From an uncultured Pseudomonadota bacterium (GTDB lineage: Bacteria > Oederibacteriota > Muellerivitia > Muellerivitales > Muellerivitaceae): a stretch of 64,000 bases of DNA. Of this stretch, positions 32,921 to 44,169 are shown piece by piece. Every line of letters starts with the position of its first letter. Position 1 is the first letter of the stretch. The stretch lies in assembly GCA_963836235.1 (NCBI GenBank), contig CAWIIP010000001.1, forward strand, positions 192,001 to 256,000, given 5' to 3'. The notes beneath the pieces were generated by a model that was not told the DNA's origin, made no database searches, and saw only the letters and a list, made by a program, of their open reading frames with translations. Both the position numbers and the translations under genes were made by a program.

Positions 32921-33050
32921 GATGAGGAGGCGTTGGAAACGTGCCGGTTATCCGGTGACGCGCCAGTGCTTTACTCTATTCGTGGACAAAGAAAAAAGGA
33001 TAATGGACCTATATTTTGATGTGCCTAAAATAAATCAAGAGGAGGTCATT

Positions 33051-34835
33051 CTATCCTTTCCTGATATATTTCCTTGGGGAAGTTCCGAAAGCTCTACGGA
33101 ATATGATGGAAAAGGTACTGGCCGAAGCGAAGCCGCATTCCTGCGCGATCCTTTCCAATGTCAAGTCACCCTCCTTCAAGAGAGATTCAGCTTTCGATAA
33201 CCGGGCTTTACGCACATAGCGCCCGAAAGATTGTCCCGAAACTTTCATGAACCATTTCAGGAAAGTCGGAGGCGACAGTTCGGCTCTTCGACTGAGCTTT
33301 GAAAGACGCCAAGGTTTGTGCGGCTCCTTGTTGATATCAAAGAGAATGGTGTTCAACCGAGCCGTGACCGAGGCATCCCTGGGCTTATCCTGGTAACGGA
33401 CTAAGCTGTCAATGGATTCCTTAAAGGCGTTGACGAGGTCCGGCAGGGTGTTGGCCGAATCCAAACGATCCATCAATTCCGTACCCAGGGTCCTTACCGC
33501 GGACTGACCTATTCCCGTGCGGCGCTCGAATTGTTCCAAAAGGACATAAAGGGCGGAAAGCATATAGGCTTTTGTTATTTCCGGGCCATAGCCGGTATAA
33601 AGAAGCTGGTAGATGAAATTTTCCCTTGAGCGGGCCAGGCGGGCCGGAGATGAATGGGCCATGGATAAGCTAAGTTCCCGGATGAGGTTCTGAATTTTGG
33701 GCATGGACATTACCATCGGCGGGGACGAGTGGGTTCCGGAGAAGAGAATGTTTTTTCCCTCCTGTACGGCGGTGTGCATTGAAGCCACAGCCTCATTATA
33801 AGAATGGAGTAGGTTAGTCCCTTGGGGCATGAGTGGTCCGACACCGGCAATAATGGGTATTTGAAGTTTCTGTTCGAGGGTTTTACAAAGGGCCTGGATT
33901 TTTTCCCTAATCTCGATCCTGGCCTGGGCGGATGGCTGATTGGGCTTGGCGGAAGTCAAGACAGTGGCTGCGTAGTCACCAAGGGGAGAGCAAGCGATTT
34001 CTCCCAATTCGCGGGTGGTTAGGTAACATTCATGCTGGAATTTCCGGGCCTGGCTGAGGACCTCCAGCGATCCCACGTTGAGTCCGGGTTTTCGGGGCAT
34101 GAGGGCCGCCACAATTGTTGGAACGCGGCTGACGCCGACTTCCTCTTTGATCCATTGGGGTATGACATACCCCTTGTCGGGCTTGGCGAAGAATTTCTCC
34201 TTCCCCACGGCCCAATCCACCCAATAGGGATGGGGCAGTTGGCGAGAAAATACCTCCACCCTTAACCGGTCCAGTTCCCGTCCGATCCCTGGCGCCTGCC
34301 TTTCGTTAATCCAAAGCACTAAAAGTTCCATCAGGCGGATATAGCCTTCCAGCCCTTTCTGGTTCAGGACAGGTGAGTTCAAGGCCACCCGGGTAAAGTG
34401 CAGGAAATCCCGGTCCAAATCCGAACCTTCCACCCCGGTCCAGGCCTTCCATTGCAATCGGAGGTTGTCAACGGTCAAGCATTTTTCCAAAACGGGCCCG
34501 GAAATCAGGCAACCCCTGTACCGGCCTTTCTCATGGAAAGGAACAAACAGGTCGATGTAATCCCCGAAACGCCCGGCAAAGGGGCGTTTTTCGTTCCGCG
34601 CCTTTTTGAAGTTGGACCGCATGTAGCGGTCATGACCGGCCGACTTTCCGAAAAAAATTCCGAAAGTGGAGGGATAGAGATGACCCTCGGGCGTGAAGAG
34701 AAACCACCATTCGGTGACCTCGGCGTTCACGAAATAACAGGGCCGCCCGATAAAACGTTGGAATAGGACCTGGAATTTGGAAAAAATTTGAAATTCGTTC
34801 AATGGTTCATTCGGCGAATTTTTTTTCCTGGTCAT
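33051..34835 (-). CDS. AraC-family regulator with PocR-like sensor (paralog of 14158)
   Basis: Colinear with 14158 (DLFVPF...CLISG, HPYWVDWAVG, GVSRVPT); C-terminal AraC HTH; divergent from the GH74/GH44 genes. Confidence 0.8.
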   Translation of the reverse strand: MTRKKNSPNEPLNEFQIFSKFQVLFQRFIGRPCYFVNAEVTEWWFLFTPEGHLYPSTFGIFFGKSAGHDRYMRSNFKKARNEKRPFAGRFGDYIDLFVPFHEKGRYRGCLISGPVLEKCLTVDNLRLQWKAWTGVEGSDLDRDFLHFTRVALNSPVLNQKGLEGYIRLMELLVLWINERQAPGIGRELDRLRVEVFSRQLPHPYWVDWAVGKEKFFAKPDKGYVIPQWIKEEVGVSRVPTIVAALMPRKPGLNVGSLEVLSQARKFQHECYLTTRELGEIACSPLGDYAATVLTSAKPNQPSAQARIEIREKIQALCKTLEQKLQIPIIAGVGPLMPQGTNLLHSYNEAVASMHTAVQEGKNILFSGTHSSPPMVMSMPKIQNLIRELSLSMAHSSPARLARSRENFIYQLLYTGYGPEITKAYMLSALYVLLEQFERRTGIGQSAVRTLGTELMDRLDSANTLPDLVNAFKESIDSLVRYQDKPRDASVTARLNTILFDINKEPHKPWRLSKLSRRAELSPPTFLKWFMKVSGQSFGRYVRKARLSKAESLLKEGDLTLERIAQECGFASASTFSIIFRRAFGTSPRKYIRKG

Positions 34836-35082
34836 AGAATCTCCACCCGCGCGGCATAAGAGTTTAAAGCGGTTTAGTATAACGTGTTAATGATTTTATT
34901 ATTATAAAACAAGTATTTAACTGAAATAAAATCTAATTTTTTCCGCTCTGGTATCCTTCATCAATAATCCTAAAACTTCTTTGAGGGATTTTTGATGGAT
35001 CGAAGTGAACCGGGTTACATGAGTTGTTTCATTTTACTTAAGGGTTGAAACTCATAACGTTTGATAAGGCGAATTTCTTGAA

Positions 35083-38000
35083 ATGAAAATTCGAACATTT
35101 TCCCTATTAGTAAAAGCGCTTCCGCTCTGGCTGGTGTTTGCCTGCTCCCAAGCCTTAGCCCAAACCTACACCTGGCAAAACGTCCCCGTCCCGGGAGGCG
35201 GGTTCGTCGCGGGGCTCGTCTATAGCCGCGCCGTCTCGGGCCTGATCTACGCGCGCGCCGACATAGGCGGTTTCTACCGATGGGACAGCGCCACCAGCCT
35301 GTGGATCCCACTGATCGACATGTACGGGATCAGCCAAGTCACCTACTTCGGGGGGGAGAGCATCGCACCGGATCCGACGAATGCCAACAATGTCTACGCG
35401 GCGGCCGGAATGTATGAGGGCAGCGGAAATGGGGTGATCCTTTCCTCTACCAACCAAGGCAACACCTGGACCATCAATTCCATCCCAGTCCCCATGGGTG
35501 GCAACGAGGACGGCCGCCAAGCGGGGGAGCGGCTGGTGGTGGACCCGAACTTAAACAGCATCCTCTATTTCGGCTCCCGCGACAACGGACTTTGGAAAAG
35601 CACCAACTCGGCGGCGAGCTGGAGCCAGGTAACTTCCTTTCCGACCAACGGGGACGCGGGTTATGGCATTACCTATGAGATTTTCCTTCCGGGCGGAAAC
35701 CCAGGCGCCGGAGCTGAAACTATTTTTGTGGGCGTGGATTCCATGAACGCCGGGAACAGCAGCCTATACCGTTCCACCAACGCCGGCGGCACTTGGACTG
35801 TGGTTCCAGGCGGACCCACTAACATGATTACACCGCATGCGTCCCTAGGAACCGACGGAAATTTGTGGGTGGCCTATGACAGCGGCGGCTATGGTCCCGG
35901 AGGAATCACGAACGGCCAAATTTGGAAACTCAATACCTCGACCCTCGCCTGGACCAACGTGACTCCCGCCGGCGGGCCGGCCTCCCCCAACGGCGGATAT
36001 GGCGACGTTAGCGTGGACGCCGAGAACCCCCAGCACGCCGTGGCCTCCACACTGGATTGGTGGAGCGGTCCGGACAAGGTCTTCCAGACGGTCAACGCGG
36101 GGGCAAGCTGGACGATCATCGCCAACATTACCGAGGGTTGGAATGCCGGGCCTTTCTCGGTCTATAACGACAACGGCGCCATTTGGACCCTGGGCTGCGG
36201 CACCGAAGCCGGAGGGACGGGTTGGGCGGGGAACTGCAAGATCGATCCCTTCAATTCAAACAACGCCTTTTACACGTCGGGGGGTGAACCGGGGGGCGGC
36301 GGGCTTTGGTTCAGCGGCAACATCAATGCCGCCACGCAGCCCGCGGGGGTCACCTGGACTTTCGACACCTATGGCGAGGAGGAAACGGCGCCCATTTTCC
36401 TGCCCGCTTCCGCGGCGGGCGGGGTTTTCTTCAGCGCCGTGGGTGACATCGCCGGTATGCGCTACACCAACGTCACCCAGCCTTCGACTTCAGGAGCTTA
36501 TTGCAACCCGCAATTTGGCAGCATGACCGGCGTGGATTTTGCCGAGCTGAACACGAACGACGTGGTGCGGATAGGCAGCAGCAACACGACCACTTCGGAC
36601 GTGGCCTATTCCACCAATAACGGCCAGACATGGAGCCCCTGGGGTAGCGCCCCGCCGGGTTACGGCACGGCCAACCAGATGGGTTCGGTCGCTGTCGCGG
36701 CGGACGGGTCCCACGTGGTGGTCAGCCCTTATAACGGATACGGCTCGCCGGCTTACGCCTCCTCTCTCGGGGGGGCCTGGACCACCTGCGCGGGGCTTCC
36801 CAGCGGTTCCATGCTGGCCGCCGACCGGGTCAGCCCCGCCACGATCTACGCCACCTATCCCCAGGAGCCGGGAAACGGCCCTTTGTCCGTTTACGTGAGC
36901 ACGAATTACGGGGCGAGTTTTACCCTGGTGAATACGATCACGAACACGGGCGCGATTCCGGCCCCGGGCTGGTACGAAGTATTTCCCCGGGCCGTTTTCG
37001 GCCAGGCCGGGGAATTTTGGGTCAACTCGATGAATCTGTACCGCTACACGAACGCCGGGGCCACCAGAACCCAGATCGCCAACGTCACCGGCGCCCTCGG
37101 TGTTGGGTTCGGCAAGGCCGACAGCCCCACCTACACCCATCCGGCGGTTTACCTGATCGGGACCGTCGGCGGGACATACGGATTCTTCCGCTGTGATGAT
37201 GGGGTCGGCACCACCTGGACCCGGATCAACGATGCCAACCACCAGTACGGGGACGCGATGGGTATTGAAGGGGACGAAACCGTTTACGGCCGCGCCTATG
37301 TCGGAGCCGGGGGCCGGGGTATTCTTTACGGGGATATTCCGGCCGGCACACCAACGAATACCCCCACCTCCACGCCCACGAAAACACCAACCAACACTCC
37401 CACCAAGACTCCTACAAACACTCCCACCAATACGCAAACCAATACCGTGACGAATACCCCTACTAAAACGCCTACCAATACCCCAACCAACACCTCTACT
37501 TTGACGCAAACCAATAGTCCTACCATGACACGAACGAATAGTCCCACGAATACGGCGACCGCTACTCCTAGTTCGACCGCGACCTCCAGCCCAACGGCCA
37601 CTCGGACCAATTCGGCCACGAATACCGTTACCTCCACAGCCACTTCCGCCCCTTCCAACACGGTGACGGGCACGACAACGGCCACCAGGACCAACACGGC
37701 TTCGGCTACCGCAACAAGTACAATGGCGAACACTTCAACGTCCACCCCGTCAAATACCGCCACTCGAACCATCATGGCGACAGCTACCAATACTTTAGTC
37801 AATACAACCACCAACACAGCCACCAAAACGGCAACTTCCACTCCCACCAATACTATGACCAACACGGTGACCAATACCGTCACTTCCACGGCCACCCCTA
37901 CCGAATCCAACACGTACACCAACACACCCACTTCCACCTCTTCCAACACAGCGACGGGCACGACAACGGCCACCAGGACGAACACGGCCTCGGCTACCGC

Positions 38001-39111
38001 AACAAATACAGTGGCGAACACTTCAACGTCCACCCCGTCAAATACCGCTACTCAAACCATCACGGCGACAGCTACCAATACTTTAGTCAATACAACCACC
38101 AACACAGTCACCAAAACGGTAACTTCCACTCCCACCAATACTATGACCAACACGGTGACCAATACCGTCACTTCCACGGCCACCCTTACCGAGTCCAACA
38201 CGTTCACCAGCACACCCACTTTCACCCCTTCCAACACCGCCACCCCAACCCCCACGAATACAGTCACCAATACCGATAGCCCCACCATTACTTCCACGCC
38301 CACTAATACCAATGTGATTACGCCGACTTATACCGGTACGGCCACCAACACACCTACCTCCACAGCCACTAACACGGCCACCAAGACCGCCACTTCCACC
38401 CCAACCAATAGCTTGACGGACACGGCCACTCCAACCGCCACAGCCACCGCGACGGCTTCCACTACACCGACTCCGTCCCCCACGGAAACTCCGTCGGCTA
38501 CTCTCACCGCTACGCTTTCAGCTTCGCCAACGGCCACCACGACCGCCTCGAACACGGCGACTAAAACAACGACTCCCACAACCACCAGCACTTTGACCCC
38601 AACGGTAACCACCACGCCCACCGATACCCTGGTGAACACGGCCACCCAAACCGCCACGGCTACTCCCACCAGCAGCTGGACGAATACCGCCACTCATACG
38701 GCGACCGCCAGTGCCACTTCCACACTCACCCCAACCCCTTCCAGCACGTCCACGAACAGCCCGACCCCCGCCTTGACGGCGATAGCCACTGCGACCTCAA
38801 CGGTACTTCCATCCTCCACTTCCACACCTTCGGGAAACAAAGGGGTGGTGATTTACCCCAATCCGGTCACGGGTCCTACGGTGAATGTGCTTCCACCGGC
38901 CTATACGGGGGTTTCGAACGTGGAGGTGGAAATCTTCACGACGGCGTTCCGGAAGGTGCAGGAAGAGACCTTCCCGAACGTGCCATCGGGCACGGCGGTG
39001 AGGGTGCAATTGACCGACAGATGGGGAACGCCCCTGGCCAACGGGCTTTACTACGTCGTGGTCATCGTCGACGGCCATCGTTCCTTCGGCAAACTTCTGG
39101 TTTTGAGATAA
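35083..39111 (+). CDS. Secreted GH74 xyloglucanase + ~495-aa Thr stalk + T9SS-like CTD
   Basis: [28 protein letters not shown]; paralog of 4314; YPNP...LANGLYY...KLLVLR. Confidence 0.88.
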   Translation: MKIRTFSLLVKALPLWLVFACSQALAQTYTWQNVPVPGGGFVAGLVYSRAVSGLIYARADIGGFYRWDSATSLWIPLIDMYGISQVTYFGGESIAPDPTNANNVYAAAGMYEGSGNGVILSSTNQGNTWTINSIPVPMGGNEDGRQAGERLVVDPNLNSILYFGSRDNGLWKSTNSAASWSQVTSFPTNGDAGYGITYEIFLPGGNPGAGAETIFVGVDSMNAGNSSLYRSTNAGGTWTVVPGGPTNMITPHASLGTDGNLWVAYDSGGYGPGGITNGQIWKLNTSTLAWTNVTPAGGPASPNGGYGDVSVDAENPQHAVASTLDWWSGPDKVFQTVNAGASWTIIANITEGWNAGPFSVYNDNGAIWTLGCGTEAGGTGWAGNCKIDPFNSNNAFYTSGGEPGGGGLWFSGNINAATQPAGVTWTFDTYGEEETAPIFLPASAAGGVFFSAVGDIAGMRYTNVTQPSTSGAYCNPQFGSMTGVDFAELNTNDVVRIGSSNTTTSDVAYSTNNGQTWSPWGSAPPGYGTANQMGSVAVAADGSHVVVSPYNGYGSPAYASSLGGAWTTCAGLPSGSMLAADRVSPATIYATYPQEPGNGPLSVYVSTNYGASFTLVNTITNTGAIPAPGWYEVFPRAVFGQAGEFWVNSMNLYRYTNAGATRTQIANVTGALGVGFGKADSPTYTHPAVYLIGTVGGTYGFFRCDDGVGTTWTRINDANHQYGDAMGIEGDETVYGRAYVGAGGRGILYGDIPAGTPTNTPTSTPTKTPTNTPTKTPTNTPTNTQTNTVTNTPTKTPTNTPTNTSTLTQTNSPTMTRTNSPTNTATATPSSTATSSPTATRTNSATNTVTSTATSAPSNTVTGTTTATRTNTASATATSTMANTSTSTPSNTATRTIMATATNTLVNTTTNTATKTATSTPTNTMTNTVTNTVTSTATPTESNTYTNTPTSTSSNTATGTTTATRTNTASATATNTVANTSTSTPSNTATQTITATATNTLVNTTTNTVTKTVTSTPTNTMTNTVTNTVTSTATLTESNTFTSTPTFTPSNTATPTPTNTVTNTDSPTITSTPTNTNVITPTYTGTATNTPTSTATNTATKTATSTPTNSLTDTATPTATATATASTTPTPSPTETPSATLTATLSASPTATTTASNTATKTTTPTTTSTLTPTVTTTPTDTLVNTATQTATATPTSSWTNTATHTATASATSTLTPTPSSTSTNSPTPALTAIATATSTVLPSSTSTPSGNKGVVIYPNPVTGPTVNVLPPAYTGVSNVEVEIFTTAFRKVQEETFPNVPSGTAVRVQLTDRWGTPLANGLYYVVVIVDGHRSFGKLLVLR
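37640..38240 (+). repeat. 288-bp (96-aa) tandem duplication in the stalk
   Basis: GCCACCAGGA occurs at 37681 and 37969 with near-identical flanks; boundaries approximate. Confidence 0.75.
38338..39074 (+). repeat. 737-bp direct repeat (stalk + CTD), second copy at 41432-42168
   Basis: Offset of 3094 at both ends; no differences seen by eye. Confidence 0.9.
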
Positions 39112-39115
39112 GTGA

Positions 39116-42100
39116 ATGGGAAGAATTCTAAATTTTTACTCTTGGACGATGCTGGCTTTTCTTGCCGCGGCGGGAAACGCCTATTCGCAGGTTACCGTCA
39201 CCTTCACGGTTGACCCAAGCCAGAACAACAACCCCATTTCCCCCTATATCTACGGTTCCAATTTCACTATCCCCGGCGTCACCAATACGCTTTACCGTCA
39301 GGGAGGAAACCGGCTGTCCGCCTATAATTGGGAAACCAACTGGTCCAATGGCGGATCGGACTGGTATTACGAAAACGACACCAACATGGGAAACAAGGCC
39401 GACGGCGCCTCCTGGGCTGTTACTAATTTCGTCGGTCAAAATAAAGCGTTAGGCGCCGATTCACTGGCGACCCTTCAGCTGGTGGGTTACGTTTCGGCCA
39501 ACGGCGAGCCGTCCGTGCAGGTTCCCGCGGCCGACTTTATGACAGCCCCCGGCCTCACCGATCCCAACGGCAATTTTTTCCAAACCATCCTCGCCAAACC
39601 CGGGGCGCCCGCTTCCTATTCCACCCCGCCCGCCACCGTCGGCCCGGTGGTGTATACCGACGAGATGGTCAACGATGTGGTCAAACTCATCGGCAGTTCT
39701 ACCAGCGGCGGAGTCAAATTCTGGGATTTGGACAACGAACCAGGGGTCTGGCCAGGTACACACAAGGAAGTCCACAACTACCCGGTGAGCTATGTTGAGG
39801 TCGCGGGCAAGGGGATTACGGAAGCCACGCAGGTCAAGGCCATCGACCCCGGCGCGAAAATTTTAGGGCCGGTGGCCTACGGGTGGGGGGATTTCATGAG
39901 TTTGGGCGGCGCGCCCGACCAAAACGCCTCCTATGCCACCCCCTACAAAAACGGCTGGACCCCGTGGGTCAACTATTACCTGGCCATGATGAACCAGGCC
40001 TCCGTGTCCCAGGGGGTCCGGCTACTGGACTACCTGGATTTGCACGTCTACTCGGAAGGCACCGACGCTGCGGGCAACCGGATCAATAACACCGACGTTA
40101 GCCAGGACGCGGCCACCACCCGCATGCAGCTTCCCCGCGAAATGTGGGACTCGACCTACACTGAGAACAACTGGATCTCCTGCTGCGTGCCCAGCTACGG
40201 GCCCATGACCCTGATACCCCGACTGGAAGCGACCATTAACCAGTATTACCCAGGCACCAAGATCGCCTTCTCCGAATACGGTTACGGGGGGAATGGGGAC
40301 ATCTCGGGGGGAATCGCGGAGGCGGATTTCCTGGGCATCCTGGGCAAATACCCGAACATGATGGCCTGCATCTGGCCTGGGGGAACCGAAACCTACCTCA
40401 CCTGCGCCTTCAACTTTTACCTGAATTACGACGGAAGCGGCTCCAAGTTCGGGACTACTTCCGTCCTGGCCAATTCCAACAACGTACCTGAGGCCACCAT
40501 TTACGCGGCCACCAACAGCGCCAAACCCAACCTCTTAAACGTCATCGTCCTCAACAAGGACTACAGCAACAATACTACGGCCAACGTGAGCCTCTCCAAC
40601 TTAAGCGGGGCGATTGCTTCTATTCGGGCCTTCCGGTTCGATTCGGCCATTTCGGTTATTTCCCCCTCTACAGTGCCAGCCTTCACCGCCAACACCTTCA
40701 CCGACACCCTGCCCTTCCGATCCGCCACCCTCTATGAGCTCACCTTGAGCCAGGCGACCTCCACCCCCACCAACAGCCTTACGTATACCCCTACCTCAAC
40801 TCCAACCCCCACCCGGACCAATACCGCCACCAACACGGCAACCAATAGTCCCACAAAAACTCAGACCAATACTCCAACCAGTACACTCTCATTTACTCCT
40901 ATTAATACGACGGCAAATACGTCGACAACAACACCATCAAGTACCGCTACGCGCACTTCTACGAACACACCTACCAATACCGTAATTCCCAGCGCGACTT
41001 CAACCCCCACCCTCACCGCCACGGCGACACCAACGAAAACCTTAACCAATACCACGACCCTCACCAATACGCCGGCCAATACGGGGACTCCCACCACTAC
41101 CCAAACCGCCACGTTGACACTTTCCAATACCGTCACCAACACGGCTACTTCCTCCGCTACGCGCACCGAAACCTCCACTGCGACCATGACGCCCACTAAT
41201 ACGCTGGCCAATTCTCCCACCAACACCGCTACATCCACAGCCACCTTTACCTCTACCAACACCACCACCCGCATCCCAACGGCGACAGCAACCTATACCG
41301 CCACGAACACAACGACTTCCACGATCACGAACACGGTCTCCAACTCCGGCACGCCGACGCCGTCCGCCACCGGAACTCTTCCAACCTTCACGGATACCCC
41401 AACCTTGACGCCTTCTTTTACGCCGACCGCGACGGCCACCAACACACCTACCTCCACAGCCACTAACACGGCCACCAAGACCGCCACTTCCACCCCAACC
41501 AATAGCTTGACGGACACGGCCACTCCAACCGCCACAGCCACCGCGACGGCTTCCACTACACCGACTCCGTCCCCCACGGAAACTCCGTCGGCTACTCTCA
41601 CCGCTACGCTTTCAGCTTCGCCAACGGCCACCACGACCGCCTCGAACACGGCGACTAAAACAACGACTCCCACAACCACCAGCACTTTGACCCCAACGGT
41701 AACCACCACGCCCACCGATACCCTGGTGAACACGGCCACCCAAACCGCCACGGCTACTCCCACCAGCAGCTGGACGAATACCGCCACTCATACGGCGACC
41801 GCCAGTGCCACTTCCACACTCACCCCAACCCCTTCCAGCACGTCCACGAACAGCCCGACCCCCGCCTTGACGGCGATAGCCACTGCGACCTCAACGGTAC
41901 TTCCATCCTCCACTTCCACACCTTCGGGAAACAAAGGGGTGGTGATTTACCCCAATCCGGTCACGGGTCCTACGGTGAATGTGCTTCCACCGGCCTATAC
42001 GGGGGTTTCGAACGTGGAGGTGGAAATCTTCACGACGGCGTTCCGGAAGGTGCAGGAAGAGACCTTCCCGAACGTGCCATCGGGCACGGCGGTGAGGGTG

Positions 42101-42205
42101 CAATTGACCGACAGATGGGGAACGCCCCTGGCCAACGGGCTTTACTACGTCGTGGTCATCGTCGACGGTCGGCGTTCCTTCGCCAAATTGCTCATTCTTC
42201 ACTAA
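39116..42205 (+). CDS. Secreted GH44 endoglucanase/xyloglucanase + Thr stalk + T9SS-like CTD
   Basis: [51 protein letters not shown]. Confidence 0.88.
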   Translation: MGRILNFYSWTMLAFLAAAGNAYSQVTVTFTVDPSQNNNPISPYIYGSNFTIPGVTNTLYRQGGNRLSAYNWETNWSNGGSDWYYENDTNMGNKADGASWAVTNFVGQNKALGADSLATLQLVGYVSANGEPSVQVPAADFMTAPGLTDPNGNFFQTILAKPGAPASYSTPPATVGPVVYTDEMVNDVVKLIGSSTSGGVKFWDLDNEPGVWPGTHKEVHNYPVSYVEVAGKGITEATQVKAIDPGAKILGPVAYGWGDFMSLGGAPDQNASYATPYKNGWTPWVNYYLAMMNQASVSQGVRLLDYLDLHVYSEGTDAAGNRINNTDVSQDAATTRMQLPREMWDSTYTENNWISCCVPSYGPMTLIPRLEATINQYYPGTKIAFSEYGYGGNGDISGGIAEADFLGILGKYPNMMACIWPGGTETYLTCAFNFYLNYDGSGSKFGTTSVLANSNNVPEATIYAATNSAKPNLLNVIVLNKDYSNNTTANVSLSNLSGAIASIRAFRFDSAISVISPSTVPAFTANTFTDTLPFRSATLYELTLSQATSTPTNSLTYTPTSTPTPTRTNTATNTATNSPTKTQTNTPTSTLSFTPINTTANTSTTTPSSTATRTSTNTPTNTVIPSATSTPTLTATATPTKTLTNTTTLTNTPANTGTPTTTQTATLTLSNTVTNTATSSATRTETSTATMTPTNTLANSPTNTATSTATFTSTNTTTRIPTATATYTATNTTTSTITNTVSNSGTPTPSATGTLPTFTDTPTLTPSFTPTATATNTPTSTATNTATKTATSTPTNSLTDTATPTATATATASTTPTPSPTETPSATLTATLSASPTATTTASNTATKTTTPTTTSTLTPTVTTTPTDTLVNTATQTATATPTSSWTNTATHTATASATSTLTPTPSSTSTNSPTPALTAIATATSTVLPSSTSTPSGNKGVVIYPNPVTGPTVNVLPPAYTGVSNVEVEIFTTAFRKVQEETFPNVPSGTAVRVQLTDRWGTPLANGLYYVVVIVDGRRSFAKLLILH

Positions 42206-42276
42206 ATTTTCATATTCCTGTATTTTTCCTGAGTAAAAAAAGTTGAAATGATGCAGTTGGTCTGAGTATAAAACCT

Positions 42277-42303
42277 TGTCCACGGTGGGACCCGTTTTGG
42301 ACA
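42277..42303. repeat. TGTCCA...GA...TGGACA palindromic site, copy 2
   Basis: TGTCCACGGTGG-GA-CCCGTTTTGGACA; related to the intron target and to 44010. Confidence 0.6.
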
Positions 42304-42330
42304 GGTGAAGAATAGACGTCGGGAGGCCGC

Positions 42331-43971
42331 ATGAGAAGAATAAAGGCTATTTCCATCCTGATGTTCGTTTTTTCCATTCCCCTATTCGCGCTCGCCGAAG
42401 GCCTGGCCCCGGTCCCGCCCATGGGCTGGAACAGCTGGAATGCCTTCGGCATGGACATCAACGAAACCGTCATCCGAAAGACGGCCGATCTCATGGTGAG
42501 TTCAGGTCTTCGAGACGCGGGCTATGTTTATCTCAACCTGGACGATGGCTGGCAGGCAAGCCGGGACGCCCAGGGCGTAATCCAGCCGGACCCGGCCCTG
42601 TTTCCCTCGGGCATGAAGGCCTTAGGGGACTATCTCCATGCCAAGGGACTCAAGTTCGGCATTTACACCTGCGCCGGAACACAGACTTGCGGTAATAGAC
42701 CCGGAAGCAAAGGCCATGAAAAGCAGGATATGGCCACCTATGCCTCCTGGGGCGTGGATTATGTCAAGGTCGACTGGTGCAATACTCAGGGCCTTAATTC
42801 AAAGACCCAATATGCCCTCTTCCGTGAAGGTATAAAGGAAAGCGGGCGGCCCATGGTACTGTCCCTTTGCAACTGGGGCGTGGACAAGCCCTGGCTTTGG
42901 GGAAGAGGGACAGGCCAGCTATGGCGCACCACCAGCGACCTGGTTTCCTGCTGGGATTGCGTGAAGGATTGGGGCGGTGCGGGGATCCTGCCAACGTTGG
43001 ACAAGCAGGTGGGGCTGGAATCCTACTCGGGGCCGGGTGGGTGGAACGACCCGGACATGCTCCAGGTCGGCAACAGTGGCCTGAGCTTGGAAGAGTCCCG
43101 CGCCCATTTCAGCCTTTGGTGCATCCTTGCCGCGCCCCTCATCGCGGGCAATAACCTAGGGGCCATGAAGCCAGGGGTGAGGGAAATTCTCCTGAACCAG
43201 GAGGTCGTCGCAGTGGACCAGGACCCCGACGGCAAACCGGGAACCCGGGTCAAGGATGGGGGAAAGGGCGGGGAGATTTGGGCCAAGCCCCTGAAGGACG
43301 GAGCCTGGGCGGTCTGCCTTTTAAACCGGGGTTTGAAATCCGCCGATGTAGGAATGCTTTGGAAGGGCCTGGGCTTGAAGGATGATCAAATGAAAGTGCG
43401 CGACCTTTGGGCCCACCGGGATTTGGGTGTTTTTGACGGGGGTTATTCGGTCAGCCTGCCTTCCCATGGTGTGGCTTTGCTGAAAGTGAGTAGTAACCAG
43501 CCGGTGCCACTGCCGGTTTTGGACACTTGGAGAATTCGGGCCGGGGGCGAGGACTTCACCGATCACGCTGGCCATGCTTGGTCCGAGGACAAGGCTTTTG
43601 ATGTAGGGGACACCGCGCAAACGGGTCTTACCATCGCCGCAAAGGAGGACCCGGAACTTTACGAAACCGAACGCTGGGGCCCGGACTTCAGCTATGCCTT
43701 CCCGGTTCCACCAGGCAAGTACAAAGTCAACCTCAAGTTCGCCGAAACCTACGTGAAGGAACCCGGCCAGAGGGTTTTCGACGTGGTCATCAATGGGAAA
43801 AAGGTTTTGGACCATTTCGATATCCTCAAGGAAGCCGGGGGGTTCGGAAAGGGAATCGAGAAAAATTTCGCAGAAGTCGAGCCCGATCGCGGGGGCCTGA
43901 TTAAAATCCGGTTTGTTTCAGAAGTCCAAAACGCGAAAGTTTGCGCCATCGAGGCGATCCGGCAGAAGTAA
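42331..43971 (+). CDS. GH27 alpha-galactosidase + C-terminal malectin domain (signal peptide, no stalk or CTD)
   Basis: PPMGWNSWN, LDDGW, GVDYVKVDWC, WRTTSD, WNDPDML; malectin LYETERWG...LKFAE...RVFDV. Confidence 0.92.
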   Translation: MRRIKAISILMFVFSIPLFALAEGLAPVPPMGWNSWNAFGMDINETVIRKTADLMVSSGLRDAGYVYLNLDDGWQASRDAQGVIQPDPALFPSGMKALGDYLHAKGLKFGIYTCAGTQTCGNRPGSKGHEKQDMATYASWGVDYVKVDWCNTQGLNSKTQYALFREGIKESGRPMVLSLCNWGVDKPWLWGRGTGQLWRTTSDLVSCWDCVKDWGGAGILPTLDKQVGLESYSGPGGWNDPDMLQVGNSGLSLEESRAHFSLWCILAAPLIAGNNLGAMKPGVREILLNQEVVAVDQDPDGKPGTRVKDGGKGGEIWAKPLKDGAWAVCLLNRGLKSADVGMLWKGLGLKDDQMKVRDLWAHRDLGVFDGGYSVSLPSHGVALLKVSSNQPVPLPVLDTWRIRAGGEDFTDHAGHAWSEDKAFDVGDTAQTGLTIAAKEDPELYETERWGPDFSYAFPVPPGKYKVNLKFAETYVKEPGQRVFDVVINGKKVLDHFDILKEAGGFGKGIEKNFAEVEPDRGGLIKIRFVSEVQNAKVCAIEAIRQK

Positions 43972-44009
43972 GGATGCTTCCCCATGCCGCAGCGTGTTTT
44001 TGTTGGGGG

Positions 44010-44037
44010 TGTCCACGACGGGGAGGCGTAGTGGACA
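44010..44037. repeat. TGTCCA...GA...TGGACA palindromic site, copy 3
   Basis: TGTCCACGACGGG-GA-GGCGTAGTGGACA; the first 15 nt are identical to 31031-31045. Confidence 0.7.
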
Positions 44038-44169
44038 GCTGTAAATGGTTCGACTAAAGACATTTCCAAGACGGCCCCAGGGAGAAGTAAAGACTTTCAA
44101 CTCGTTTGAAAGTTTTGAAAATTATGGCCTTGAGGCGTTAAGCTCTGAAATCTCGTGGTTCTCCAAAAC

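Larger units (their letters stand above)
31050..32979 (+). mobile_element. Group II intron (IIB-type RNA, endonuclease-less IEP), apparently complete
   Basis: 5' GCGCG-CCAAG pairs with CTTGG-GAGACCC closing domain I. EBS1 TGGGTC (31270-31275) matches IBS1 GACCCA (31044-31049); EBS2 CGTCG (31243-31247) matches IBS2 CGACG (31037-31041). Domain V at 32887-32920; domain VI ends CTTTACTCTAT. Confidence 0.9.

Noticed and set aside
32883-33200. 105-aa ORF MESRMRENRTYG...
   Set aside because: Translation of intron domains V and VI; it overlaps the AraC 3' end.
2632-41787. Many minus-strand Val/Gly/Ala-rich ORFs (e.g. 2632-3315, 6575-7900, 18050-18790, 37326-38693)
   Set aside because: Antisense shadows of ACN-rich Thr stalks (ACN reverse-complemented gives Val-rich, stop-poor frames); no RBS or domain signal.
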